Shown: one piece after another, positions 1-8,250 of the stretch
Position numbering within the stretch: the first letter of the stretch is position 1
Layout of the letters: each line of letters begins with the position of its first letter
NCBI GenBank assembly: GCA_002010215.1
Contig: MTMY01000002.1
Span: 9,728 to 73,727, forward strand
Source: Archaeoglobus sp. JdFR-37
Lineage (GTDB): Archaea; Halobacteriota; Archaeoglobi; Archaeoglobales; Archaeoglobaceae
Direction of reading: 5' to 3'
Length of the DNA: 64,000 nucleotides
Notes under the pieces: generated by a model
Told to the model about the DNA's origin: nothing
Database searches by the model: none
Seen by the model: only the letters and a program-made list of their open reading frames with translations
Position numbers and translations under genes: made by a program

Positions 1-1118
1 CTGCAGAGAAGTGGATAAATGAGATTTATGGCGGTATAAAGGTTGGAAACAAGGTTTACAAAATAGAAGTGAAGTATTACGATGATGAGTCAAAGAAGGA
101 GAATATTCCAAGCCTTGTTGAGAGGCTTATAACCTCAGATAAGGCCAACTTCCTCCTTGCTCCCTATAGCTCCGGCCTTACGCTTGCAGGAGCACCAATA
201 GCCGATAAATACGGAGTGATTTACATGAGCCATGGCGGTGCAAGTGATCGCATCTTCGAGCAGGGTTACCAGTACGTCGTTCAGACACTCAGTCCGGCAA
301 GCAAGTACCAGACCGCATTCCTTGATATGGTAAAGGAGCTTGACCCAGATGCAAAGAAGGTGGCAATGATCTATGAAGACAATGAATTCGCAAAGGCAGT
401 CTTTGCAGGAGCAAGGGAACATGCCGAAAAGCTGGGCTTGGAAGTGGTATTTGACAAAACCTACCCAAAGAACCCCACAGATCTGACGCCCATACTCTCA
501 GAAATGGCTGCTAAGGAGCCTGATGTAGTTATTGGGGGTGGACACTTCGCTGACGGCCAGCTTCTGGCACAGCAGATGGCTGAACTCAAGATAAACGTTA
601 AGGCTATATCCATACTAGTCGCTCCTGCTCTGCCAAGCTTCTACGAGGCTCTCGGTACAAAAGCTGAAGGTATTGCAGCTCCAGCCCAGTGGGAGATCGG
701 AGCAGCTTACAGCCCAGATGCTGCCAAGGAGCTCGGTATTGACTGGTTCGGGCCTACGCAGGATGAGTTCCTTAAGCTGTTCAAGCAGTTTGCGGGCAGC
801 GATAAACAGCCCAGCTATCATGCAGCCGAAGCTGCAGCAGCCATCCTTGCATACGCCAAGGCTATAGAAAAGGCTGAAAGCATTGATAGCGATGCTGTCA
901 GAAACGCAATGAACGATCTGGACTTCATGACCTTCTTCGGCAGATGGAAGATTGATCCAGAAACAGGAAAGCAAATAGGCCACGACATGGTTGTCATCCA
1001 GTGGCAGGGAGGCGAGAAGAAGATTATATGGCCGCCGTCAGCAGCAACATCCAAGCCCTACTATCCGATTCCAACTTGGGAGGAGAAAGATCAGGGCAAG
1101 CTGGCAGTACCTGAATAA
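1..1118 (+). CDS. Branched-chain amino acid ABC transporter substrate-binding protein (LivJ/LivK type), 5' end truncated by window edge
   Basis: Frame is open from nt 3 (AEKWINEIYGG...), so the start listed at 69 is internal. Type-I periplasmic-binding-protein-like sequence, directly followed by LivH/M/G/F-type genes. Confidence 0.85.
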   Translation, partial: AEKWINEIYGGIKVGNKVYKIEVKYYDDESKKENIPSLVERLITSDKANFLLAPYSSGLTLAGAPIADKYGVIYMSHGGASDRIFEQGYQYVVQTLSPASKYQTAFLDMVKELDPDAKKVAMIYEDNEFAKAVFAGAREHAEKLGLEVVFDKTYPKNPTDLTPILSEMAAKEPDVVIGGGHFADGQLLAQQMAELKINVKAISILVAPALPSFYEALGTKAEGIAAPAQWEIGAAYSPDAAKELGIDWFGPTQDEFLKLFKQFAGSDKQPSYHAAEAAAAILAYAKAIEKAESIDSDAVRNAMNDLDFMTFFGRWKIDPETGKQIGHDMVVIQWQGGEKKIIWPPSAATSKPYYPIPTWEEKDQGKLAVPE

Positions 1119-1164
1119 AAATTTTTAAATAAATTTATTTTTTAAAATAGCTGGAGGAGCAATA

Positions 1165-2061
1165 ATGGGTTTCTGGGAACAGCTAGCATCGAACTTAGTT
1201 TTTGGCATTCTGCTGGGCTCTGTATACGGGCTTGCCACTATGGGTCTGAGTCTCATATTCGGGGTTCTCAGGATTGTCAACGTTGGACATGGAGCCTTCC
1301 TGATGATTGGCGCCTACGCAGCTTTCTGGCTCTTTACCCTCTTCGGCCTTTCGCCAATAGCATCAATATTCATGGCTCTGGCAGTAGGTCTGGCTCTTGG
1401 GTTCATAACCTTCTACAGCGTAATCAAGAGGCTTATAGGCGCTCCAGAGCTATCAACGCTTCTTGCAACCTTTGGTATAGGACTTTTCATTGAAGAACTG
1501 GCAAAGCTTGTCTGGGGGCCGGATTACAGGGGATACAGCTGGGACACACCCTACATCAGTCTAGGGATTTCTGCAATCTCGTTCTCCAAGATTTACGCTC
1601 TGCTCGCCTCCATAGTCATAGCATTCTTGCTTTTCATGTGGTTCAAGAAAACGAAGCTTGGAATGGCTGTTAGAGCAGTGGTGGAGGACAAAGAGGGGGC
1701 AATGGTTTGCGGAATAGATGTTACCAGAATTTATGCATTGAGCTTTGCACTGGGCATAGCTTTAACCGTTGCCAGCGGGGTTCTCATCACCCTCTTTGTT
1801 CCCGTCGGTATAAATCCCTACATGGGTGGCGAATACACTCTGAAAGCCTTCGTCATTGCCGTGCTTGGTGGTCTGACTTCTCCATGGGGTGCCTTTTACG
1901 CTGGTTTCATTTTCGGATTGCTGGAAAACGGTAGCTACACTTTGCTGGGCCTCATCCCGGACGTTGAGCCTTTCAGCCTCACTAGATTCATAGCTTTCAC
2001 AACCCTCCTGATAATACTGCTGATTAAGCCAACGGGGTTGCTAGGAGGTGAAGAGATGTGA
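1165..2061 (+). CDS. livH: Branched-chain amino acid ABC transporter permease (LivH type)
   Basis: 298-aa polytopic membrane protein with GGAGG upstream of the ATG. It sits between the binding protein and the second permease and overlaps the next gene by 4 nt. Confidence 0.9.
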   Translation: MGFWEQLASNLVFGILLGSVYGLATMGLSLIFGVLRIVNVGHGAFLMIGAYAAFWLFTLFGLSPIASIFMALAVGLALGFITFYSVIKRLIGAPELSTLLATFGIGLFIEELAKLVWGPDYRGYSWDTPYISLGISAISFSKIYALLASIVIAFLLFMWFKKTKLGMAVRAVVEDKEGAMVCGIDVTRIYALSFALGIALTVASGVLITLFVPVGINPYMGGEYTLKAFVIAVLGGLTSPWGAFYAGFIFGLLENGSYTLLGLIPDVEPFSLTRFIAFTTLLIILLIKPTGLLGGEEM

Positions 2062-3035
2062 GAGGTGTACATACACTCCTCATTATCTACGCCATCCTTC
2101 TGATAGTAGGTCTGACGGTTCCAGGGATGTGGCAGCCAGTAGCGTTTCTGATGTTCTACGTGGCTCTGGGTCAGGCTTTTAACATATTCCTTGGCCTTAC
2201 AGGCTACGTAGATTTCGGATACGTGGCTTTTCTGGCTCTGGGCTCGTACGGGATGGCTATAGCAATGGATAGTTTATATCAGACAGGTCTCGGAGCAGCA
2301 ATTCTTCCCATAGGTCTCCTTCTGGCGGCACTGATGTCCATCATGCTAAGTCTGGCTGTGGGAGCTGTTGCATTGAGATTGAGAGGGGCTTACTTCGCTA
2401 TAGCCACCATCGGCGTAAATGAGGGCTTCAGGTACCTCATAGAAGGTGCTAGACTCTGGGGAGGCTCTGAAGGGATAATAATAACCGGAGCAATGAGGAA
2501 GATTTTTGGGAGGGAGATGGCCAACTTCATTTCCACAATGGTGGCAGATGTCCTAGTATTCGGCATAGGTCTCCTTGCAGCTCTGACGACCTATGTGATC
2601 ATCCACAAAAGAATGGGATATGCACTGATGGCCATCAGAGAAGATGAGGATGCTGCCAGAGTTATGGGAATTAACGTCACTAAGTACAAGATAATGGCCT
2701 TCATCACCAGTGCATTCTTTGCCGGGTTGATTGGTGCCTCGGCATGGACGCTGAAAATGACCTATGTCTTTCCAAGCGATGTCTTTCTGATAACATATAC
2801 GGTTGAGGCCATCGTTATCGTCATGCTCGGTGGTGCAGGGACGCTTCTCGGCCCCGTCGTCGGAGGAATCACCTATGGTCTGCTGAAGTACTACCTTTCC
2901 GTCATTCTGCCAGGATTCCAGCTGCTGATTCTTGCACCGCTACTTGTTGCCATAGTCGTCGCTTTCCCTGAGGGCATCGTGGGCTACCTGAAGGAGAGGG
3001 TCAGAGGAACCAGATTTGAGGGCTATATACTCTGA
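2058..3035 (+). CDS. livM: Branched-chain amino acid ABC transporter permease (LivM type)
   Basis: 325-aa polytopic membrane protein, translationally coupled to livH and followed by two ABC ATPases. Confidence 0.9.
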   Translation: MRGVHTLLIIYAILLIVGLTVPGMWQPVAFLMFYVALGQAFNIFLGLTGYVDFGYVAFLALGSYGMAIAMDSLYQTGLGAAILPIGLLLAALMSIMLSLAVGAVALRLRGAYFAIATIGVNEGFRYLIEGARLWGGSEGIIITGAMRKIFGREMANFISTMVADVLVFGIGLLAALTTYVIIHKRMGYALMAIREDEDAARVMGINVTKYKIMAFITSAFFAGLIGASAWTLKMTYVFPSDVFLITYTVEAIVIVMLGGAGTLLGPVVGGITYGLLKYYLSVILPGFQLLILAPLLVAIVVAFPEGIVGYLKERVRGTRFEGYIL

Positions 3036-3059
3036 ATATCAAATAACAGAGGTGATAGC

Positions 3060-3821
3060 ATGTTGCTGAAAGTTGAGGACGTTACCAAGCGCTTCGGAGG
3101 GCTTGTGGCAGTGGACTCTGTAAGTTTTGAAATCAAAGAAGGTGAAGCCTTCGGGATAGTGGGACCAAACGGAAGCGGGAAGACGACACTTTATAACATG
3201 ATAAGCGGAGTGTATCAGCCGGACAGCGGCAGGATAATCTTCGATGGAAGGGATATAACAGACCTTCCAGCCCATGCAAGGGCTCCGCTGGGGATTGGAA
3301 GGACTTTCCAGATACCCCGTCCCTTCCCTTCGGCAACCGTCAGGGAGAACGTTGCCGTAGGTGCAATGTTCGGCAGAGCCCAAGCTGATGTTAAGGAGGC
3401 AATGGAGATCTCAGATTATTATATAGAGCTTGTAGGACTCTCAGAGCAGGCAAATAAGGCTGCTGGGACACTTACGCCTCTTGAAAAGAGGCTAATGGAG
3501 CTGGCACGGGCACTGGCAATGAAGCCCAGGCTTTTGCTGCTGGATGAAGTTATGGCGGGGATGAATCCCAAGGACATAGGCAATATAATTGAGCTTTTGC
3601 AGAAGGTGAGGCAGGAAGAGAAGATTGCCGTTGTTGCTATGGTGGAGCATCTGATGCATGCGATTACAAAGTTTGCAGAGAGAGTCATGGTTATGCACCA
3701 AGGAAGGAAGCTGCTTGAGGGGCCAACAATGGAAGTTCTGAACGATGAGAGGGTTATTGAGGTTTACCTAGGGAAGAAGATTAGGGAGGGTGCTGAAGGT
3801 GCTGAAGGTCACCGGACTTGA
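3060..3821 (+). CDS. livG: Branched-chain amino acid ABC transporter ATP-binding protein (LivG type)
   Basis: Walker A GPNGSGKTT and Walker B LLLLDEVMAG. Typical LivG length of about 250 aa. Confidence 0.9.
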   Translation: MLLKVEDVTKRFGGLVAVDSVSFEIKEGEAFGIVGPNGSGKTTLYNMISGVYQPDSGRIIFDGRDITDLPAHARAPLGIGRTFQIPRPFPSATVRENVAVGAMFGRAQADVKEAMEISDYYIELVGLSEQANKAAGTLTPLEKRLMELARALAMKPRLLLLDEVMAGMNPKDIGNIIELLQKVRQEEKIAVVAMVEHLMHAITKFAERVMVMHQGRKLLEGPTMEVLNDERVIEVYLGKKIREGAEGAEGHRT

Positions 3822-4503
3822 ATCAGGTTACGGAACCATGCAGGTTCTTTGGGGAGTGGATGTGGAGGTTGAGAAGGGAACTATTACAACAATTCTCGGC
3901 CCTAACGGAGCAGGTAAGACGACGCTGCTCAAGAGCATCATGGGTATCGTGAGTCCGTGGAAAGGGAAGGTAGAATTCAACGGAGAGGATGTGACATATC
4001 TGCCGCCACACAGGAAGGTGGAGAAGGGGATGACCTTGGTTCTGGAGGGCAGACACCTCTTTCCATATATGAGTGTTGAGGAGAACCTGAGACTTGGAGC
4101 ATACACAAAGAGGGCTGAAGAGAAGATTGAAGAGTCTCTGGAACTGGTTTACCAGCTCTTCCCTGTGCTGGAGGAAAGGGCAAAGCAAAAAGTGGGAACC
4201 ATGAGTGGTGGAGAACAGCAGATGGTGGCTATAGCTCGCGCTATCATGGCCAGCCCTGAGATAGTACTTATGGACGAGCCGAGTCAGGGGTTAGCACCGA
4301 AAATTGTGGCTGAGGTCTTCGACACGATATTGAAGTTAAAAGAAGAAGGCCTGACGATCCTGCTGGTGGAGCAGAACGTTTACGCATCCCTTGAGATATC
4401 GGACTACGGTTATGTCCTCCATGAGGGAATGGTGGCGTTGAAGGGAACAGTGGATGAAATAATTGAGTCAGAGGAGGTCAGGAAGGCTTACGTTGGAGTA
4501 TAG
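3790..4503 (+). CDS. livF: Branched-chain amino acid ABC transporter ATP-binding protein (LivF type)
   Basis: Walker A GPNGAGKTT, signature MSGGEQQM, Walker B VLMDEPSQGL. The start (GTG 3790 or GTG 3799) lies inside a 9-nt tandem duplication and overlaps the livG end. Confidence 0.9.
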   Translation: MLKVLKVTGLESGYGTMQVLWGVDVEVEKGTITTILGPNGAGKTTLLKSIMGIVSPWKGKVEFNGEDVTYLPPHRKVEKGMTLVLEGRHLFPYMSVEENLRLGAYTKRAEEKIEESLELVYQLFPVLEERAKQKVGTMSGGEQQMVAIARAIMASPEIVLMDEPSQGLAPKIVAEVFDTILKLKEEGLTILLVEQNVYASLEISDYGYVLHEGMVALKGTVDEIIESEEVRKAYVGV

Positions 4504-6166
4504 CCTGGAAGTCTTGGAAATAATTCCCGTATTTTTCTCTCAATACCTTCTTATCGAACTTGCCCACGCTGGTTTTCGGAATCTCAGTCACAAATATAAT
4601 ATCGTCAGGCAGCCACCACTTGGGGAATTTCTCTCTGAGGTGATTTATTAGTTCCTCCTTCAGTTTATCCTTCAGCTCTTCTTTGTCAATTTCTGTATCA
4701 GTCTCAAGAATAACGAGAGCGAGAGGCCTTTCCTGCCACTTCGGATGGGGGACACCTACTACCACTGCCTCTTTAACCGTAGGGTGCAGCATGAGGTGAT
4801 TTTCTATATCCAGACTTGAAATCCACTCTCCACCACTCTTAATCAGGTCTTTTGCCCTGTCAACTATCTTTATGTATCCCTCCTCATCCACCACAACGAT
4901 ATCCTCCGTTCTGAACCAGCCGTCAATGAATTTCTCGGCAGTTTTTTCTGGATCTCTGTAGTATTCCTTCGTCACCCACGGTCCTCTTACATAAAGCTCT
5001 CCCATTTCTCTCCCATTCCACTCAACTTCTCTCCTCTCTTCGTCTCTCTCTCCAACGACTTTCATTTCCAGTAGCGGAAGGGGCAAACCCTGCTTTCTCG
5101 AGTGTTCGTAAAATTCATCGCCCTCAAGCTTCATGTAGCTCTTAGGTCTGTTGACGGTGAGAACGGGGGTGGTTTCTGTAAGGCCGTATGTGTGGATGAT
5201 GGTAATGCCAAATTCCTCCCTGAAGGCTTTAAGCAGGGAAGCGGGAGGGGCGCTGCCCCCTGTAAACGCTTCCTTCAGGCTGCTTATGTCATATCCCGGA
5301 TTTTCCTTCAGGAAGTTGTAGATCATGAACCACACCGTGGGAACGCAGGCTGTGAAGTCAACTTTCTCATTCTGGATGAGTTCAACGTAATCCCTTGGCC
5401 TGGGATGTTGCCCCGGGAGAACCTGCTTGGCTCCAACCATGGTTGCTGCGAAGGGGATTCCCCATGCGTTGACGTGGAACATGGGGACGATGTGGAGAAC
5501 GCAACGCTTTTCGCTGAGGTTCAGAGCATCAGGCAGAGCTGTTACAATGCTATGCAAAACGAGGTTGCGGTGGGTGTACTCAACGCCTTTCGGCAGCCCT
5601 GTCGTGCCTGAAGTGTAGGCCATGCCTGCAACAGTATTCTCATCCAGCTCAGGCCAGTCATAGCTCTTTGGTTTTCCTGAAATCAGCTCTTCATAGGCTA
5701 TGGAGTCAAAGGAGGTATCATAGCTCTTTTCCTTCCCCATGACTATGAAGTGCTCAACATTTAGCCTGTCTGCAATTTGCTCAACAACAGGAATCTGGTC
5801 ACTGTCAAGGAAGAGGACTTTGTCCTCAGCATGGTTGATGACGTAGGCTATCTGCTCAGCAGAAAGACGAAGGTTTATGGTGTGGTATGCTGCGCCCATG
5901 CATGCTGGGGCAAAATAGAGCTCAAGGTGACGGTGGGTGTTCCATGCCAGAGTTCCGACTCTGTCTTTCTCTGCAACTCCAAGCTCTTCCAGCGCATTTG
6001 CAAGCTGGCAGACTCTCTTGTAGAAGTCAGCATACGTGTAGCGGAAAATGCTGCTATCTTCTTCTCTGGAAACTATTTCTTTCTTCCCGAACAGCTTTCT
6101 AGCCCGCTGTAAGAAGTTCAGGAGGGTGAGTTGACCAAATCTGGAAAGACTTTCAATAGAAGTCAT
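4478..6166 (-). CDS. AMP-dependent acyl-CoA synthetase / fatty-acid-CoA ligase
   Basis: 562 aa with the AMP-binding motif YTSGTTGLPKGV and the ANL-superfamily C-terminal region (GGEWISS, PKTSVGKFDKK). Confidence 0.85.
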   Translation of the reverse strand: MTSIESLSRFGQLTLLNFLQRARKLFGKKEIVSREEDSSIFRYTYADFYKRVCQLANALEELGVAEKDRVGTLAWNTHRHLELYFAPACMGAAYHTINLRLSAEQIAYVINHAEDKVLFLDSDQIPVVEQIADRLNVEHFIVMGKEKSYDTSFDSIAYEELISGKPKSYDWPELDENTVAGMAYTSGTTGLPKGVEYTHRNLVLHSIVTALPDALNLSEKRCVLHIVPMFHVNAWGIPFAATMVGAKQVLPGQHPRPRDYVELIQNEKVDFTACVPTVWFMIYNFLKENPGYDISSLKEAFTGGSAPPASLLKAFREEFGITIIHTYGLTETTPVLTVNRPKSYMKLEGDEFYEHSRKQGLPLPLLEMKVVGERDEERREVEWNGREMGELYVRGPWVTKEYYRDPEKTAEKFIDGWFRTEDIVVVDEEGYIKIVDRAKDLIKSGGEWISSLDIENHLMLHPTVKEAVVVGVPHPKWQERPLALVILETDTEIDKEELKDKLKEELINHLREKFPKWWLPDDIIFVTEIPKTSVGKFDKKVLREKYGNYFQDFQAILQRKPS

Positions 6167-6232
6167 AATTAATCACCAAAGTTCCTGAAAAAATTCTGAA
6201 ATAAGTAGTTAACGAAATTCTGTCGAGAATCT

Positions 6233-6259
6233 GTAACAGTTGTAACAGGTCCGTAACAG
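6233..6259 (+). repeat. Three direct GTAACAG repeats in a divergent promoter region
   Basis: GTAACAG at 6233, 6242 and 6253. Confidence 0.6.
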
Positions 6260-6349
6260 AATCTCAACGAAAGTTTAATCAATTCCTCGTTGTGCCGTGA
6301 GAGCATGGGTAATGGTGTGACTGGTATGACTGGTGATAAAAGTCTTGAG

Positions 6350-7621
6350 ATGGATGGCCTGAAAGGCACTCTGGCTGAGAAAATACTTTCAAGGGCATGT
6401 GGTAAGGCTGTAAAGGCTGGCGATTATGTTTTTGCCTCCATAGATGCTGCCATGATTCACGATATTACCGGTCCTCTTGCCATTAAGGCGTTCAAGGAGA
6501 TAGCAGGTGAGGATGGAAAGGTGTGGGATGCCAGCAGGATTGTCATAGCCTTTGACCATCAAGTTCCTGCTGATAGCGTGTCTGCTGCTGAAAACCACAA
6601 AATGCTCAGGAAGTTTGCTGAAGAGCAAGGGATACTGAACTACGACGTCCATGAAGGCATAGCCCATCAGATAATGGTGGAGAAGGGGCACGTCCTACCG
6701 GGGATGGTTGTTGTTGGAGCCGACAGCCACACCTGCATGTATGGCGCCTTAGGAGCCTTTGCAACAGGCATAGGTTCAACAGACATGGGAAGTGTCTTTG
6801 CTTTGGGAAAGCTCTGGTTCAAGGTTCCTGAGACGGTTAAATTCGTCATCAGCGGAAAGCTGGGGAAGCACGTTTACGGCAAGGATGTGATTCTGAAACT
6901 GATAGGAATAGTTGGGGCAGATGGGGCCAATTATAAGGCTTGTGAATTCGCTGGAGAAGTTGTGGAGAAAATGAGCATGAGTGAGCGTCTAACCATGAGC
7001 AACATGGTCATCGAGATGGGTGGGAAGGCTGGCATAATCCAGCCTGATAAAGTGACGGAGGATTATCTGAGAAGCATAGGCGTTGATTTCCAGATTCCTG
7101 AATGGCTGAGAAGTGACGAGGATGCCAAATATCGGACAGTTGAGCTGGATGTTACGGGAATGGAGCCCCAGGTGGCGAAGCCCCACAGAGTGGATAACGT
7201 TGTCGGAGTGGGTGAGGTAGAGGGCGTCAGAGTTGATCAGGTTTTCATAGGCTCATGCACCAATGGGAGATACGAAGATCTGAAGGTAGCAGCGGAGTTC
7301 CTCAAAGGAGAGAAAATAGCCAAGAACGTCAGGCTAATAGTGATTCCCGCAACCAGAACTCAGTACATGCAGGCTCTTAAAGATGGGCTGATTGATGTTT
7401 TTGTTGAGGCAGGAGCCATTGTTGAATTCCCAAGCTGCGGGCCGTGTATGGGAGGGAGCTTTGGGCTGATAGCAAGCGGAGAAGTGAGCGTATCCACTTC
7501 AAACCGCAACTTTGTGGGCAGACAGGGGAGTCCTGAAGGCAGAATATATCTGGTATCACCAGCCACAGCAGCGGCAACAGCAATCTATGGTGAAATAACA
7601 GACCCCAGAAAAGTGAAATAA
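6350..7621 (+). CDS. Aconitase-family dehydratase large subunit (3-isopropylmalate dehydratase LeuC / homoaconitase HacA type)
   Basis: Fe-S ligand motifs GADSHTC, GSCTNGR and CGPCMG. The ORF is open from 6290, but [13 protein letters not shown] at 6350 gives the usual length of about 420 aa. No small-subunit gene is adjacent. Confidence 0.85.
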   Translation: MDGLKGTLAEKILSRACGKAVKAGDYVFASIDAAMIHDITGPLAIKAFKEIAGEDGKVWDASRIVIAFDHQVPADSVSAAENHKMLRKFAEEQGILNYDVHEGIAHQIMVEKGHVLPGMVVVGADSHTCMYGALGAFATGIGSTDMGSVFALGKLWFKVPETVKFVISGKLGKHVYGKDVILKLIGIVGADGANYKACEFAGEVVEKMSMSERLTMSNMVIEMGGKAGIIQPDKVTEDYLRSIGVDFQIPEWLRSDEDAKYRTVELDVTGMEPQVAKPHRVDNVVGVGEVEGVRVDQVFIGSCTNGRYEDLKVAAEFLKGEKIAKNVRLIVIPATRTQYMQALKDGLIDVFVEAGAIVEFPSCGPCMGGSFGLIASGEVSVSTSNRNFVGRQGSPEGRIYLVSPATAAATAIYGEITDPRKVK

Positions 7622-7682
7622 AGGTGAAATAACTTTTAAACTTTAAGCGACATTCATCGGAAATTCAATTATTTTCATTCCA

Positions 7683-7892
7683 ATGAAAAACTTTATCTTA
7701 ACATATGTGTCAACATCAACCGTGCGGGAAATCGAAGTCCCCCACGAAATAGCCTTCATGTTGAGAAATAGGCTGAAACTTTACGAAATTCCATACGAGG
7801 ATATTTTTATCACCAAAATAGCTGTGCCTGAAGAGCATTACGAAAGGTGCCTAGATATTATAGAGGATTTGAAGAGGAGAGTTTTTGAGTAG
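7683..7892 (+). CDS. Hypothetical small protein (69 aa)
   Basis: Only an ORF in an otherwise non-coding gap. No recognisable motif. Confidence 0.3.
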   Translation: MKNFILTYVSTSTVREIEVPHEIAFMLRNRLKLYEIPYEDIFITKIAVPEEHYERCLDIIEDLKRRVFE

Positions 7893-8197
7893 ACTTTTGA
7901 AGGTTTAAGGGTTTTCTGTTCTGAATTTCGGTGGATTTTAGCTTACCTTGAATTAATGGAAAGGGGTCCCCATATCCCCATAGATACTAGTAGTTTTTCT
8001 TCTTCATAATATCACCACATCACCACACTATATCAACCACTAACATCTCAATACCACCGTACACCACCGATTACGCGAAACATAACTCAAAATAGGAGTA
8101 TTTTCTGAAAAATCTTCTACAACAGTACTCTGCCATCTTATTTTGGAAAGAAACAACGGTTTCGCTTTAACACCAAGTCTCTGCAGATGTGAATAAT

Positions 8198-8250
8198 AAC
8201 TTCACTAAAATGGCAACTTCAATGATGACTTCAGTGATAACTTCATTCAC
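8198..8250. repeat. Imperfect 12-nt tandem repeats (RACTTCAKTGAT-like) abutting and overlapping the stop codon of the surface-protein gene
   Basis: AACTTCA or GACTTCA at 8198, 8215, 8227 and 8239. Confidence 0.6.

Noticed and set aside
6290-6349. 20-codon N-terminal extension of the aconitase-family gene ([20 protein letters not shown]).
   Set aside because: It is made of the 9-nt tandem repeat region, and homologs as I remember them start near [13 protein letters not shown]. It probably belongs to the 5' UTR or promoter.
8215-8250. Possible C/D-box sRNA, suggested by ATGATGA at 8222-8228.
   Set aside because: There is no CTGA D or D' box at the required spacing of about 12 nt on either strand, and no terminal stem.
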